Assembly (NCBI GenBank): GCA_028534125.1
Contig: CM052816.1
Span: 46,192,001 to 46,256,000 of the forward strand
Reading direction: 5' to 3'
DNA: 64,000 nt
Source of the DNA: Lama glama
Taxonomy: Eukaryota
In this document: in pieces, positions 51,926 to 64,000 of the stretch
How positions within the stretch are numbered: the first letter of the stretch is position 1
How the letters are laid out: each line of letters opens with the position of its first letter
Made by a program: the position numbers and the translations under genes
The notes under the pieces: generated by a model
What the model was told of the DNA's origin: nothing
Seen by the model: only the letters and a program-made list of their open reading frames with translations
Databases searched by the model: none

Positions 51926-54213
51926 AGAATTGGCTTTAATCCAACTCTGCGTACCTAAGTAAAAGAGCAGGAGTGAATGCTCATCTCCAGTAGACACACT
52001 CCTTGTTTTCAAATACAAAAGATATATGCTGCTACTAGGTAGAGTCACCTTTTACTGTGCAGAGTGTGAGAAGGGGAATGAAGACATCTGTCCGTGACAG
52101 TGTGTTCCCCAAACCATACAATACGTCATGCTGATAATTCTGCTATGGGCATAACACCCACACATAAGAACAAAAGTTTCAGAATCAAAGAAATAAAATC
52201 AAATCTTTCCTTTGTTCCCACACTAAGCCACTCCTTGAGTATATATCTGAGTATTGGCGCTTTTTCTTCCAGTAGTGGCATCAGTAGGTCTTCTGCTACC
52301 ACACAGAGCCATAAACTGAGCACTGGCCACAGTACTACAAATCGGCCTCCACTTATACCTGGCTGCTAAGAATTAGCCAAATAATCACAAGGAAAGATAA
52401 GAAGCAATAATAATAAGTTGACTTAGTAAAGTTTTAAAGAACCAGGTAAAAGAAAAAAGGTGAGGGGAAAAATATCTGCGCCATCCCCCATATAGAACAT
52501 CAACACAAAAGTAGATTTGAAAACAGCTTCTGTTCTTTTGCAAAAATAAAAGAAAGTAGGGTAGCTGGGAAACAAAAATGGAACTAATTAAATCTTGTTA
52601 AAGAACAACTTAAAATCATCATTGAAAATAATTATATAGAAAAATTAGTGGTTCAGTCAGTTCATAAAATAGGAAAGAGTTGAAAACATGTGAAATGCAG
52701 AAGAAATGATTTAATTTTCTGAGATAAAAAAGAGATAAAATGACAGAAATAGTAGTTTAGTGTTTGCAACAAATAAATTGGGCAGAAAAAAGAAGAGAGT
52801 AGATAAGAAAAGACTTGAGAGATAGCAACCGAATCTAAATCTAAACTGAATTTGAAGTTGATACAAAATCAATGTTAAAATACATGAGAGGTTAGCCTCA
52901 GAATGCTTAAAGCAAAACAGTATACATAAATGTCATGCATAACTAAACTGTCCTTCACGTGTGGCTGAAGTGAAGGCGTAGGGGATTAGGGCAAAGGGGA
53001 AGCTTTTTTCTCTTCTGAAGGTCTGAGTTCTATTTGCCTAAAACACCTGGTTTCTTTCCATGCCCTAGAGCACACAAAAGTAAGGGTAATTGAGGCAGCA
53101 ATTTAATTGCGGGAGGGGCGTGGTCAAGGAGTGTGAGATGGATAAGTCATTATGACTGTGAGGTAAGAACAATATCACTGCTTTTAAATTGACAAATGAG
53201 TTTCGTGGACAAGTGAGATTCTAATTTAAATTGTGAGTTCCATCCTTGGAGAGACAGTGCCAGGTCAGCTAACTCAAATCTACTTTACTTTCAGTACTAG
53301 CAAAGAAAATGTGGGAAGAGTAATCTAAAATTCATGTACCTTTTGCATAAGGTTCAAGAATTACCTTCTACTACATGATTATACATTTTTCTGAATTGGT
53401 TAATTGCATTTGAAAAGGAAAACTTTCTTCATAAGTGTGTTTCTCATGCCTGGGCAGTTCCATAAGAGGCAGTGGAAATAGTCACAATGCCAATGACTTG
53501 GAAATGCCTACTCATAAAGAGAGGGTGGTCTTTGTAAGTGGAAAGTCACTCAGTTCAGTCCTGGAATGTAGAAACATAGGACCGAAGGGAAAATGGAAAT
53601 TCAGATACTCTGCTGAAAAGAAAGAACTTTGTACAAGTCCTCACAGTGGGGATGCCACCAAGTCAGATTTATAGAGATACGGAAGAATCTAATGATGGCT
53701 CAAGTAGAACTCTTTGAGAGAGGAGGAATTACGCATAGGTGGATTATAGGCCCTGCCATGTGCTAAATGCATAATGCCAAAATTAACCTTCCATTGGGAC
53801 AGTCCTCCCAACTGAGTGCCTTTAATTTCTTCGAATTTTAACTCATAAGAGCAATGTGATTTAATTCACCATCTTCTTGTTCCAAAACTGCTGGGTGGAT
53901 GAATAGGCCTAATTCTGAGGTTCACGACTGAGAAACAGATTAGAATACAGATATAATCCAATGCTCTCATGAATACCCTCCATCCAGATGATATTTTGAT
54001 TGCTGTCTCTATCTTTTCTCTTGTAGTATGTCTCAGTTGGTTTACAAATGTGGCAGGAAATGTGCAGCTGTCTCCTCAAATACTAACCTAAAGACAAATA
54101 AAGATTTTCTCTCATTTTAAGTACACTTTCAGATAATTGACCACACATAAACAAAACAAAACAAAACAAAACACACCTGTTCCTAACAGCACCATTAAGA
54201 GCACTGTCTAGAA

Positions 54214-54359
54214 CAAGATCTTATGGTAGCTCACAGAGAAAAAAATGTGACAATGAATATATATATGTTCATGTATAACTGAAAAATTGTGCCCTACACT
54301 GGAATTTGACACAACATTGTAAAATGATTATAAATCAATTAAAAAAATGTTAAAAAAAA
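54214..54359 (+). mobile_element. Young, very short L1 3' insertion (camelid-type tail) with target-site duplication
   Basis: caagatcttatggtagctcacag..gaaaaattgtgccctacactggaatttgacacaacattgt..A-tail; AGCACTGTCTAGAA 54200-54213 / AGCATTGTCTAGAA 54360-54373. Confidence 0.92.
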
Positions 54360-54489
54360 AGCATTGTCTAGAAATCATCCAACAGAGGTACTCTTAAAAG
54401 GGAATGCTGCTATAGAAAGCACTTAGTAAAACTGATAAAAGAAATCTAATATAAGAAATAAAGAGGATTAGGGATGCTCAGTTTATAAT

Positions 54490-54605
54490 AAAGCCTCATT
54501 CATTAAACAAATATTTATTGATAACATGCCATGCCAAGCAGAGAAAACTCAGTGTTGAACAGACATACAGGTATTTGCTCCCATAGCGTTTAAATCTTGC
54601 TGAGC
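54490..54605 (-). mobile_element. L2 3' end
   Basis: cattcattaaacaaatatttattga..atgccaagca..gaacagaca. Confidence 0.75.
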
Positions 54606-55139
54606 AGAAGTTTTAAAACAAAACAAAAACACTAAGAAATAAGGATGCTATATTCGTCTATATATCTGAATTGAGAAACAGAAACAATATCAAACTAGCC
54701 GAAACAAAAAGTAATGTGTTGAAGGAACTGAGGGATGAAGTGCTTTGTCTTACATGAGGCTACATGGTATTTCAGCTCTGAAACTTTCTGTAGAGCAATT
54801 TCAGTTTTGTTTTGTCTTTCTCTTTCTTTCTCTTACATTGTGCCTATTTCAGTATGTGTATTGTAGACAATGAGTGTCCCAGCTATTGTTCTTCGCTCCA
54901 GCACCCAACAGAGATTAACTATTCTCTTTGAATCATAATTCCCAATTGACACACAAGAAAATCAGACCCAAAATTAAGGGTCTACCACACAACCAACTGG
55001 CAGTGGCTGTTGAGGGGAGGGGGGTGAGGGAGAGAAGAATCATGTGATATTAACATGGGAGTCATCTCTGCTGGGAGACTTTGCTGCTTACCTATGCAAT
55101 ATCTTCTCTCTGCATCTGTATGATTTAATAAATCCTGAT

Positions 55140-55570
55140 TTTGTATGGGGCAACAATATTCCAGATAAAATACAATGTTCCTTAACTCTCTAGTAGATAA
55201 AAATGCCATCTGACAAAGTTCTGGCACAGTGAAATACAAGTGGAATTTTCCAGGTGAAGCTTTGGGGAAAAAAAGCTTTAAAAAAAAGAGAAAGACTTAG
55301 AAGACATTTTAATATTTGTCTTCCTCAGAACTGAGATATAATGCTGGTGTGGGTCTAGCCAACTTGCAAGCATCTTACAAGGCCAATGACAAGAGATTAT
55401 GTTAAACTAACTAAGTGGAAAACCTAAAGGAGACCAGGTCCTTAATGTCATAGAAAAGCTACCATAAGAGTCCTGGAGTTTTCATCTTCAGAATATGATG
55501 ATGTGACACAAATAATTTTGTTTACTTATACCACTGTGAATTGAGTTTTCAGCTACATGCAGCCAAAAGA
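55140..55570 (+). mobile_element. Old MaLR LTR (MLT1J/K-like)
   Basis: tgccatctgacaaagttctggc..agtgaaat..ttttcagctacatgcagccaaaa. Confidence 0.55.
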
Positions 55571-55787
55571 TGTAAGTAGAACTCTTTCATGATCAGTTAG
55601 TGATGCCTAGCTATATCAGAAAGTGGATTTTGACTGGTTAAACAATCCAAGACTAATTTTGAACAACCAGTGGGGAGAGCAACAGTAATCAAAATACAAA
55701 AAGTTAAAAATATGTTAATTATATAGACAAAATCAGTAGGAAAAAAAAGAGCAGGCAGTGGCATTGTGCAAAAGCACAGTATTCTTT

Positions 55788-57084
55788 TTTTAATTGAAGC
55801 ATAGTTAATTTACAATATTTTGTTAGTTTCAGGTGTACAGAAAAATGATTCAATTATATATTTTTTTCAGATTTGTTTCCATTATGGAAAAAAGATATTG
55901 AATATAGTTCCCAGTGCTATACAGTAATTTCTTATTGCTCACCTATTTTATTTATAGTACTTTATATCTATTAATTCCAAATTCCTGGTTTATCCCTCCC
56001 CCCTTCCTTTCCCTTTTGGTAACCATAACTTTGTTTTCTATGTCTATGAGTTTGTTTCTGTTTTACAAGTAAGTTCATTTGTATCATTTTTTAGATTCCA
56101 CATATAAGTGGTATCATATGATAGTTGCCTTTCTGTCTCCGACTTACTTAACTTAGTATGATAATCTCTAGGTCCATCCATGTCGCTACAAATGGCTTTC
56201 TTTCTTTTCTATGGCTGAGTAATAGAATAGCCACATCGTCTTAAACCAATCATCTGTTGATAGACACTTGGGTTGTTTCCATGTCTTGGCTACTGTAAAT
56301 AGTGCTGCTATGAACACTGGGGTGAATGTGTCTTTTTGAATTAGAGTTTTTACTTTTTCTAGATAAATGCCTAGGAGTGTAATTGCTGAGTCATATGGTC
56401 CCTCTATTTTTAGTATTTTAAGGAATCTCCATAACTGTTTTCCATAGTGGCTGTACCAATTTACATTCCCATTAACAATGTATGAGGATTCCTTTTTCTC
56501 CACACCCTCTCCAGCATTTATCATTTGTAGACTTTCTGATGACAGCTATTCTGAACAGTGTGAGGTGATACATTATTGTGGTTTTGATTTGCCTCTCTCT
56601 AGTAATTAGCGATATCGAGCCTCATTTCATGTGCCTGTTGGTCATCTGTATGTCTTCTGAGAAATGTCTATTTAGGTCTTCTACCCATTTTTTTATTGGG
56701 GTTTTTTTTTTTTTGATACCGAGTTGTATAAGTTGTATATTTTGGACACTAACCCCTTGTCAGTTGCATCATTTGCAAATATTTTCTCCCATTCCACAGT
56801 CTGTCTTTTTGTTTTGTTTACGGTTTCCTTTGCTGTGCAAAAGCTTTTAAGTTTGATTAGGTCACATTTGTTTATTTTTGCTTTTATTTCTTTTGCTTTG
56901 GGAGGCTGATCTAAGAAAATACTGTTACAATTTATGTCTGAGAATGTTTTGCCTATGTTCTCTTCTAGGAGTTTTATGGTGTCATGTCTTATATTTAGGC
57001 CTTTAAACCATTTTGAGTTTATTTTTATATATGGTGTGAGGGAGTGTTCTAATTTCATTGATTTACATGAGGCTGTCCAGCTAA
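55788..57084 (-). mobile_element. 5'-truncated L1 (ORF2 C-terminus plus 3'UTR) with target-site duplication
   Basis: ORFs 56186-56524 and 56693-57106 are L1 ORF2 ([36 protein letters not shown]); CACAGTATTCTTT 55775-55787 / CACAGTAATCTTT 57085-57097. Confidence 0.95.
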
Positions 57085-59489
57085 CACAGTAATCTTTATA
57101 CTCCATAAATGTTTAGACCACTGTACATAATTGTGGAATGGGATATTTGTGCAATGCCTTGAAGTAGTCAACATGATATAAACATCAATACTAAGGTAGA
57201 AAAGGAATGATCAGTTAAGCCTAACGAATAAAAATATGAAGTAGATGACGAAGAGCAAAATTTATATAAAAATGAATTGAAATAAAGTGCCAATAATAAA
57301 ATAAAAAATATCAGATTGAATTGGGGGGAAAAATGCTAGCTACGTGTAAGATATGGATCTAGAACAAAAAGAATCCAGGAAGTTAAAAATAATGACAAAT
57401 ATTTATTAATAAACTTTGTATACAGTCATTATATGAGTGTTAGTATTACTATAAAACAAATTAGAAGTTAATGCAAAAAACACTATATGACCTAAAGAAG
57501 TCTACTATTTATGATTTAGGTTTGAATAATTATAAATGCCAAACATTAACAAACATCCATTCATCAAACAATATAACACCCAAAAGTATGAAGCCAACAT
57601 TTTTAGAAATATAGTAGTTTTCAAAAGACAGAAAGTTTTACTGTTCTCATAATCGGTCTGAAAAATATACTATGCAAAAATCAATGGAAGCTCTAGAGGA
57701 AATTACTGTTAGGAAGCAGAATGGCTTAGGTGTGATATATGTCTCAGTTTGAATTCTGGTTCCAAGTCAAATGCTATATCCTTCTAAAGCCTCAAAATTT
57801 TCTATTTTTGAAATAAAGAATGAGGAATAGGAGAAAGGAAAATGAGAGGAAGAGGAAGCAGAAGGAGAGGAGGAGCAGTAGAAAGAATCTAATCTGGGTC
57901 CTGTGTTGTGGCCATTATATGCATTATTTTGTTAACTCTTCGTATTTGCCCATCCCCATTTAACAAAAGAATATGCACACACTCAGAGGTAAATAATTTT
58001 CCCAAGACATACAAAGGGTTTTTGTTTTTAATTGTATCATATGTTCTTTTTCTTATATTTGAAATTTATTTTTTAGAACTACTCTACTTGTTTAAAAAAA
58101 TCAAGAGAAGTGATTCTATACTTTGGGGAAATAAGATTTTAAGGTGTGAGTGTGATAAGCTTCAGGATTAATGAGTCAATTTGTTTAAAACTAGATTGAT
58201 ATTAATAATCAGTATGCATTTTTAACAATCATACACTTGAATCTGAATGTTTTGGGAGACACTATTTCTATAATTATTTGCCTTTATCTTCCAACTTTAG
58301 AAGCTTGAAATACAGAGAGAGGAATAGCTTGAAATAAAAAGTTGTTCAGTTTACATACAAATTATATGATTCAGGCTAAAATATATTTGAGAGAAATCTT
58401 CATTTTTACAGAAGTAAGCATAAACATTTGAAATCTTTTAAAGCATTATTCTCTTCAAACATTTTGAAACAAGAAATTTGCCTTTTGATAGAAACTATGT
58501 GTTTCATTATAAAGAAGGAACATGATGTTCTGGCTTACATATTCTCTGCAGAAGGAGGTCCTTTTTTGTACTGAATTTTTAGCATATAGTAAAGATCCAG
58601 ATTGTAAAAAATTAATTTCAGGCATGACAGACTGGGAGTATATATTGAACAGATCTGGGAACAGAAATGATGCAAATGCTTTTCTTCCAGCTTCTGAAAA
58701 TTATGTAATGGACCAGAATTTCAGGATAGACTTCTGTTTGAGTGAAGCATGGACTCTTTCTTAATCAAAGGAGGGTACCAAAAATGACTTGGAAAGCGAA
58801 AGTATAAGGCAGTTTCCCACAGATGGTAGTTCCATTGACATTGACTCTAGAGATAACGTTAGAGCTGAGCATCAAGATACTCACATATATTTTAATTATT
58901 AGTAATGGTAACAGAGCTATGATAGAAAACATTTTTCCTGAATGAGCATGAGTAGTAAAGGAAATTGACTCATGAAAGGAAGACCAGTGATGCATTAAGA
59001 GCTAGAAATAAAAATCAATGGAATTGTTTTAACTCTTCACTATGTTGCTGTTATGTTTTAAAGTATTACACACTTTGTTCGATTATAGTGATGGTAACAT
59101 TTACACGGCCTATACAATGGTTTATATATTATTTATTGTATCTACTTCAAAACAAATAAGAATACTAAGAAATGGGCTGATAAAAAATACTTGAAAGATT
59201 TGTGCCTTCTTGTCATTAAACTGTTTAAAATATAACAGTCGCATGGAGTATAAGTGAGTAATGCTAGATGTTAGTATGAAATTTTTACTGTGATGTTTTT
59301 TGTTGAATGACATAACTATAGTCAGAAAACCTGATACAAAATTAGGAATTTGAATACATGAAGAAATGAGTTTATATCTGTAGGTATATAACCAGAATTT
59401 GAGAGATAAAAGCATAAATACTATTAATAGAGCAGATAGATGGGCTTTTAGAAAGGTTCTGTTAAACCAGTCAGTTTACAGTTTGTCTA

Positions 59490-59800
59490 CAAATTCAGTT
59501 CAATTCATTGCAACTAGATGAATGTTTCTCAAGAGCCTATTATGTGCCAAATTTTCCCTCAAACAGTTTCTAGGAAGGGAGGAAATACACCACCCCCTCA
59601 GGCCCAACACACACAAAAATCATGACAAGTCACATTATACCAAAAGTACAAACAAAAGGCTGTGGGAAATCATAGGGATCTAAAAAGTCTGAAGAATCAG
59701 GAAGACTTCATGGCAGGGCTGGCATTTGAGATGGTACTGTTAAGAAGGGCAAGAATTCATCATGGAGACCTACAGGGCAGGCATAATTCAAGGATGAAAA
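59490..59800 (-). mobile_element. L2 fragment
   Basis: aattcagttcaattc..gagcctattatgtgcca..tcaggaagacttcatgg..catttgag. Confidence 0.65.
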
Positions 59801-60452
59801 CCAGTAGAAGTCTACTAATAAAGCTAACAATAATACAACTCAGCAAAGTCATTAACTCACTTTGACTCAGTAAGTAGCGATAAATGATCTGTAAGAGACA
59901 GGAAGTGATACTCAGTTATCCAAACACTATGGAGGCCCTAAGAGCCAGGTCTTATGAATGAGCAGCTTGTATAAAATGGATTTTCACTTCTGTCTCTTCT
60001 CTAATCTCTCATCTCTTTTTCTATATATCAGTTCTTATTTTTCAAGTTTACATATGTGTAAAATGTCTCAATTTTGTCTATGACATTGTAGACAGATACA
60101 AATATGTACATGTATATATTTTACAGAAGTCTGCTGTTCTTAAAATACTACCCCCAGGAGTCATACCCAAAGCATGTATAATCCTTCAAAGCTCACTCTG
60201 TGAAATATTTTCATAGAAAATTTCCAGAGGGACCCAGCATAAAACTCATGATTTTAAGATTCATTTATAAGTGAAATCTTATACCACGAAGAGTTCAATG
60301 TAAATATAAATTCTCATTTATCTCACTATTTGAAAGAAACCACCCCAAAAGATAAGATTTGTATTATGGACAAATTAGTTCAAAAGAAAAAAGATAAATG
60401 AGCAAAAATGTGAGATTTCAGTAAAAAAGAGACAGAGAGATTGAGAGAGAGA

Positions 60453-60454
<2 letters not shown>

Positions 60455-60505
<51 letters not shown>
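60455..60505. repeat. (TG)n microsatellite after a GA-rich tract
   Basis: Direct read. Confidence 0.97.
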
Positions 60506-60506
<1 letters not shown>

Positions 60507-60989
60507 AACTGGCCAGACTGCTTTTATGATCTGCTTATAACCAAAAAAAAAAAAAATCCTGTATTTTTAATCACAGAAATATATTTTTTTAATTGGAAAT
60601 TATGGATAATGCCTAAAGTTCCTCACCTTCAGTATACTTTACTGAATAAATATATATTTCTCACCAATTATAATTTCTCTAGTGTATTTTAAGTACATCT
60701 AAGCTGACATCTCTATTTCAATGTAAACACTAATTTAAGAAAAACACCCTCTTTTTGTTCTTCTAATTTTCTATTTCAGATGGAATAGTAATTTGGCATA
60801 TACTATTTGTTGGTGATAAAAGTTGACAGCTGTTCTTGAATGACTTTCTCCTTTACTTAGGATATACTGTCTTCAGGCTACTTCCTTTTTCTGATAGTAC
60901 TCCTGTATATTCCCATCTATATCCGCTTATATGCTGCCTTCTCCAAGAATTCTCCCAAAATAAAACAAAATAATAATAATTATTAACAG

Positions 60990-61150
60990 CTATAGCTTTC
61001 TTTTTGCATTTCTATAATAGACACTGAGCTAATACTCTGCATCTCTTATCTCTTTTAAAACTTTAAGAAATCCTCTTAGGGAGGTATTGTCATCCCATTT
61101 GTAGATGAGGAAATTGAGACTCTGCATTCAGGTGTGCCAGATTCCAAAGA
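60990..61150 (-). mobile_element. MIR
   Basis: ggtattgtcatcccatttgtagatgaggaaattgagactc. Confidence 0.8.
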
Positions 61151-61419
61151 GCAGCGTGTTCTTTGTTTGTTTATCTTGTCCTTTACCCATGCATATGTGC
61201 AAATGTGTGTGTGCAAATAAATATACAGACGTGTGAATATGTGTGTATATGTGTGCAAATATGTAGGTATGTCTATACACAAAACACAAACATACTCTCC
61301 TATGGAATTTTGTTGAAGGTTGAAGCTAGGGTTTTTTGGGTTTTGTTTTTTTTTACATTTGCCTGAAGATTGGATCATAAAGTGAGTAAGGGCAATGATA
61401 AAGTTGCATTTATAGTCTT

Positions 61420-61515
61420 TGCAGAGTCTCTGTAGTGTCTCTGCACTTCCTTCATCAACACAGTACCTGGCACATAGTAGTTACTTAGTAAATTATTACT
61501 GATTGAGTAAATAAA
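61420..61515 (+). mobile_element. L2/MIR 3' end
   Basis: cacagtacctggcacatagtagttacttagtaaat. Confidence 0.75.
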
Positions 61516-62399
61516 ACATTCCCTAAATTTGTCTAGAGAACTGTACTGAGTACAGTTACGAATGCCTTGCAGTCTTAACAGCATCTTCACTCGCTAATTC
61601 CCTCACAGCTGCTTTTCACTAGGAATAATATTTTCTATTCATTTCATTTCCCCTCCCCCCATATTTTTACATTTGTTTTAAGGAAATTTGATTATTACTA
61701 AGAATAATATTTTCTGAAAATGTCAAATTTGATTTTGAGTAGCAAAAATAATGATTGATTAACAATTTTATCATAAATCATCTTTTTTATTAGGGAAAGT
61801 AAGAAAGAAGTATCTTTTAGAGAGCTTCTTTTTCAGTTGATACTAATTAGATTTCTTTAAACCAAGTTTAAAGCTCACACTGTTCTGGCTTGGTAGTGCC
61901 AAGTGATAATCCAATGTGACATACATTTCCTATAGCAATAACATTTTGGCAGATAAACTCCCCAATGAGAAACAACCATTTCTAGGCTTAGATGAATTTT
62001 GTGATAGAACACAAATGTAAAAAAAAAAAAAAATTAACAGAATTAAAAAAATACTCCACCGTATAATGAAGCCCTGTTCCTTGTTTACGGAAAGTGCCTA
62101 AATCCATCCATAGAGGGTAAAAACAGTGAGCATGTAATAAACAATACATCATAGATTCCTCATTGTCCTTGGAAGGTGATAGAATCACTGATTATTATTT
62201 ACACTAAAATTCATTCCTAGAAATCTTGCATCCTTTCCCTTCATTATGCAATGCTGTCTTGGACCTGGGAGTCTAGAAATGTGGAAATTATAACACTTTG
62301 ACATACCATGTAAATGAGGTATCGCTGTAACATGCTATTTAAATAAAGTTTGGAACAAACATTCAGTAGGGAAGTTTGGAAAACTTATAACGAGATTAC

Positions 62400-62446
62400 C
62401 TCCTAACTTTTTTTATAAGAGTATTCTTGTATTTCCCCCCAGCCAT
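62400..62446 (-). CDS. SOX6: Coding part of a putative alternative first exon (MAGGKYKNTLIKKVR plus 2 nt, phase-2 donor); probably an N-terminal extension exon of SOX6
   Basis: Minus strand reads taa-aag-ATGG (A at -3, G at +4, in-frame stop just upstream), 47 open nt, then GAG|GTAATC. The gene name is inferred from recalled SOX6 architecture (first exons ~46 kb apart, common exon starting 4 nt before the MSSKQ ATG, so phase 2 is in frame). No SOX6 core coding sequence lies in the window. Confidence 0.5.
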
Positions 62447-62640
62447 CTTTTAATTCCAACAAGAAGGTACAGTGTGCCAATTTAGCTCTCTAGCAGCAAA
62501 GCCACACACTGTATTAGTGTGGCAATTAGTCAGGAGCTGAGCCTGTCGTTTGAGCCTCTCCTTCTTTTCTTTATGTAGATAATATCTGACTTGGAGGATC
62601 TTTGTCTTTCTGATGAAAATACCTGAATTGGATATTATCA
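62447..62640 (-). promoter_or_regulatory. Putative 5'UTR and core promoter of the distal first exon
   Basis: Repeat-free; TATA-like TACATAAA on minus near 62578-62571, GATA motifs near 62577 and 62634, directly upstream of the ATG and donor. Confidence 0.4.
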
Positions 62641-63694
62641 GTCTCAATCAACAAGATACTTCGTATCATCAGTTCTGAAATTGAGGTTAGGATGGGACAA
62701 ATAAGAATTTTCACATTAGTCTACACACTTCATTTTCTACATGTTACTTTCGTGATTAATTGCAAGATCTGGAGAACTGGATGTCTGTGGAAAGCTTTAG
62801 GAGAGATTCAATTAAAAAGTTTCTTTTAAAAATGTAAGCTTATTTTTAAAAGATCATGGTTGTAACAGCATGAATGACTGGCCACTGTAAGGATGCTAGC
62901 TGTGGACATGAAAAACACAGACAGAACCAAATGAAACTACCTCATCCTTGGAAATTAAGTCAGTTTCTTTAGAGCTGTATTGTTCTTAGGGGAATTTATT
63001 TCTAATGAGTCAGAGATGAAAACTTATTTAGAAATTAATAAGATGTAGGTTACACATGTAATTAAAAATTCAGACTCCCTTATTTTACAATCTCTGCCAG
63101 ACAGGCTAGATCTCACCCAAAATATGCATTTATTAAAATATGTCTTCATCTTTCTACCATTCAAGAGCAGCTAGCAAAAAGTGTCATAGAGATCTTCTCT
63201 AGTGTCCATCTCAGTGTCCAGTTGGTGGCACCCAGAACTCTACATTTCTTACACTTTCTAAACTTTTAGAATTCCAATCACATTCCCCATTCCTTCTCTT
63301 CAGTTTTCTCTTCTTACTTCTTTTTCCATACTTTTTACTATAAATGAGTATTTAATATAAAATCTTTCTGTAAAAAAAATTACATAAACTAATGGAATAA
63401 ATAGAAGTTCCACCAGGCTAAAGACCAGAGAGAGCAAAGAAGTATCCAAAGAAGAATCTGGCAAGGGATGCCCAGACAGTCCCTCCCTCAAGAAAAGCCA
63501 ATGCATCTCCTCAGAAACTATTTCAGTCACCGTGTGTTCTCTAAATAGCCTTCTAAAGAATTTCCCAAGGAGATTTCTTCCCAGGGCACTTGGGAAAGAT
63601 TTCTTCCATTAGGGTTTGGGAAGGATTGGATGAAAGAGACCATTAGGTCAGATTTCTAAAGATAGCCTGCCCTATACTTTAGTCCTGACAGGAA

Positions 63695-63724
63695 AATAAA
63701 TAAATAAATAAATAAATAAATAAA
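63695..63724. repeat. (TAAA)n repeat
   Basis: Direct read. Confidence 0.95.
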
Positions 63725-64000
63725 GCATAATGAAACAGTGGAAAGCTTTCTGAATAACAGTAGGAAGTTTTCAAATTCAAGTCTGGCTGTCCCATTGCCA
63801 ATACATATTTACATCAGATTATAGAAAGTTAAAAGCTTCTAAATAGCCTGCCTTATTTTAAATGTTTTCACTCCTGAAACTATTTCCCCAAAGAGTGCCC
63901 TATCTCTTTTGAAATTATTGACCTTTCTTATTTACATGAATAAAGGAGTAAAAAGCAAATTATTATCATTTTCATGGCTCTTAGGTAGAAATCTAATGTA

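Noticed and set aside
56186..57106. ORFs of 112 and 137 aa (also 14219-14419 and 43130-43330)
   Set aside because: Broken L1 ORF2 remnants, not host genes.
57700..58010. Inverted MIR pair around a purine tract
   Set aside because: Too diverged to infer pairing.
58522..58902. 80-aa ORF followed by 45 more open codons after one stop, pseudogene-like
   Set aside because: No recognisable homology, poly-A tail or flanking duplication; a TBLASTN search would settle it.
63405..63612. Open plus-strand frame (SSTRLKTRESKEVSKEESGKGCPDSPSLKK..)
   Set aside because: No start codon or splice boundaries and no recognisable product.
1..64000. CRISPR arrays, operons, tRNA/rRNA genes or mitochondrial insertions
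   Set aside because: None recognised; the sequence reads as ordinary mammalian non-coding DNA throughout.

Overview
AT-rich mammalian genomic DNA with no complete protein-coding exon. The young L1 3' ends (e.g. 54214-54359) resemble camelid L1 tails and I see no Bov-tA/BovB or PRE1 SINEs, so a camelid is the best guess. Most of the window is a mosaic of MIR, L2, old and young L1 3' fragments, ERVL/MaLR solo LTRs and (TG)n repeats. The main non-repeat signal is a pair of minus-strand first-exon candidates 46.2 kb apart. The distal one has a strong-Kozak ATG encoding MAGGKYKNTLIKKVR and a phase-2 donor at 62400. The proximal one is CpG-retaining, motif-rich and uORF-laden, with a donor at 16177. 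From memory this spacing and phase fit the multi-promoter 5' region of SOX6, with the first common coding exon just beyond the left edge; this is an unverified inference. Between them lies a ~6 kb transposon-free, CpG-retaining block (about 23.8-30.1 kb) that looks like an enhancer cluster. Smaller oddities are two L1 insertions with twin-priming-type inversions, a nested palindrome with an internal duplication, and a 36-bp tandem duplication. I found no evidence of a novel multi-gene system. Repeat boundaries and subfamily names are by eye and approximate.
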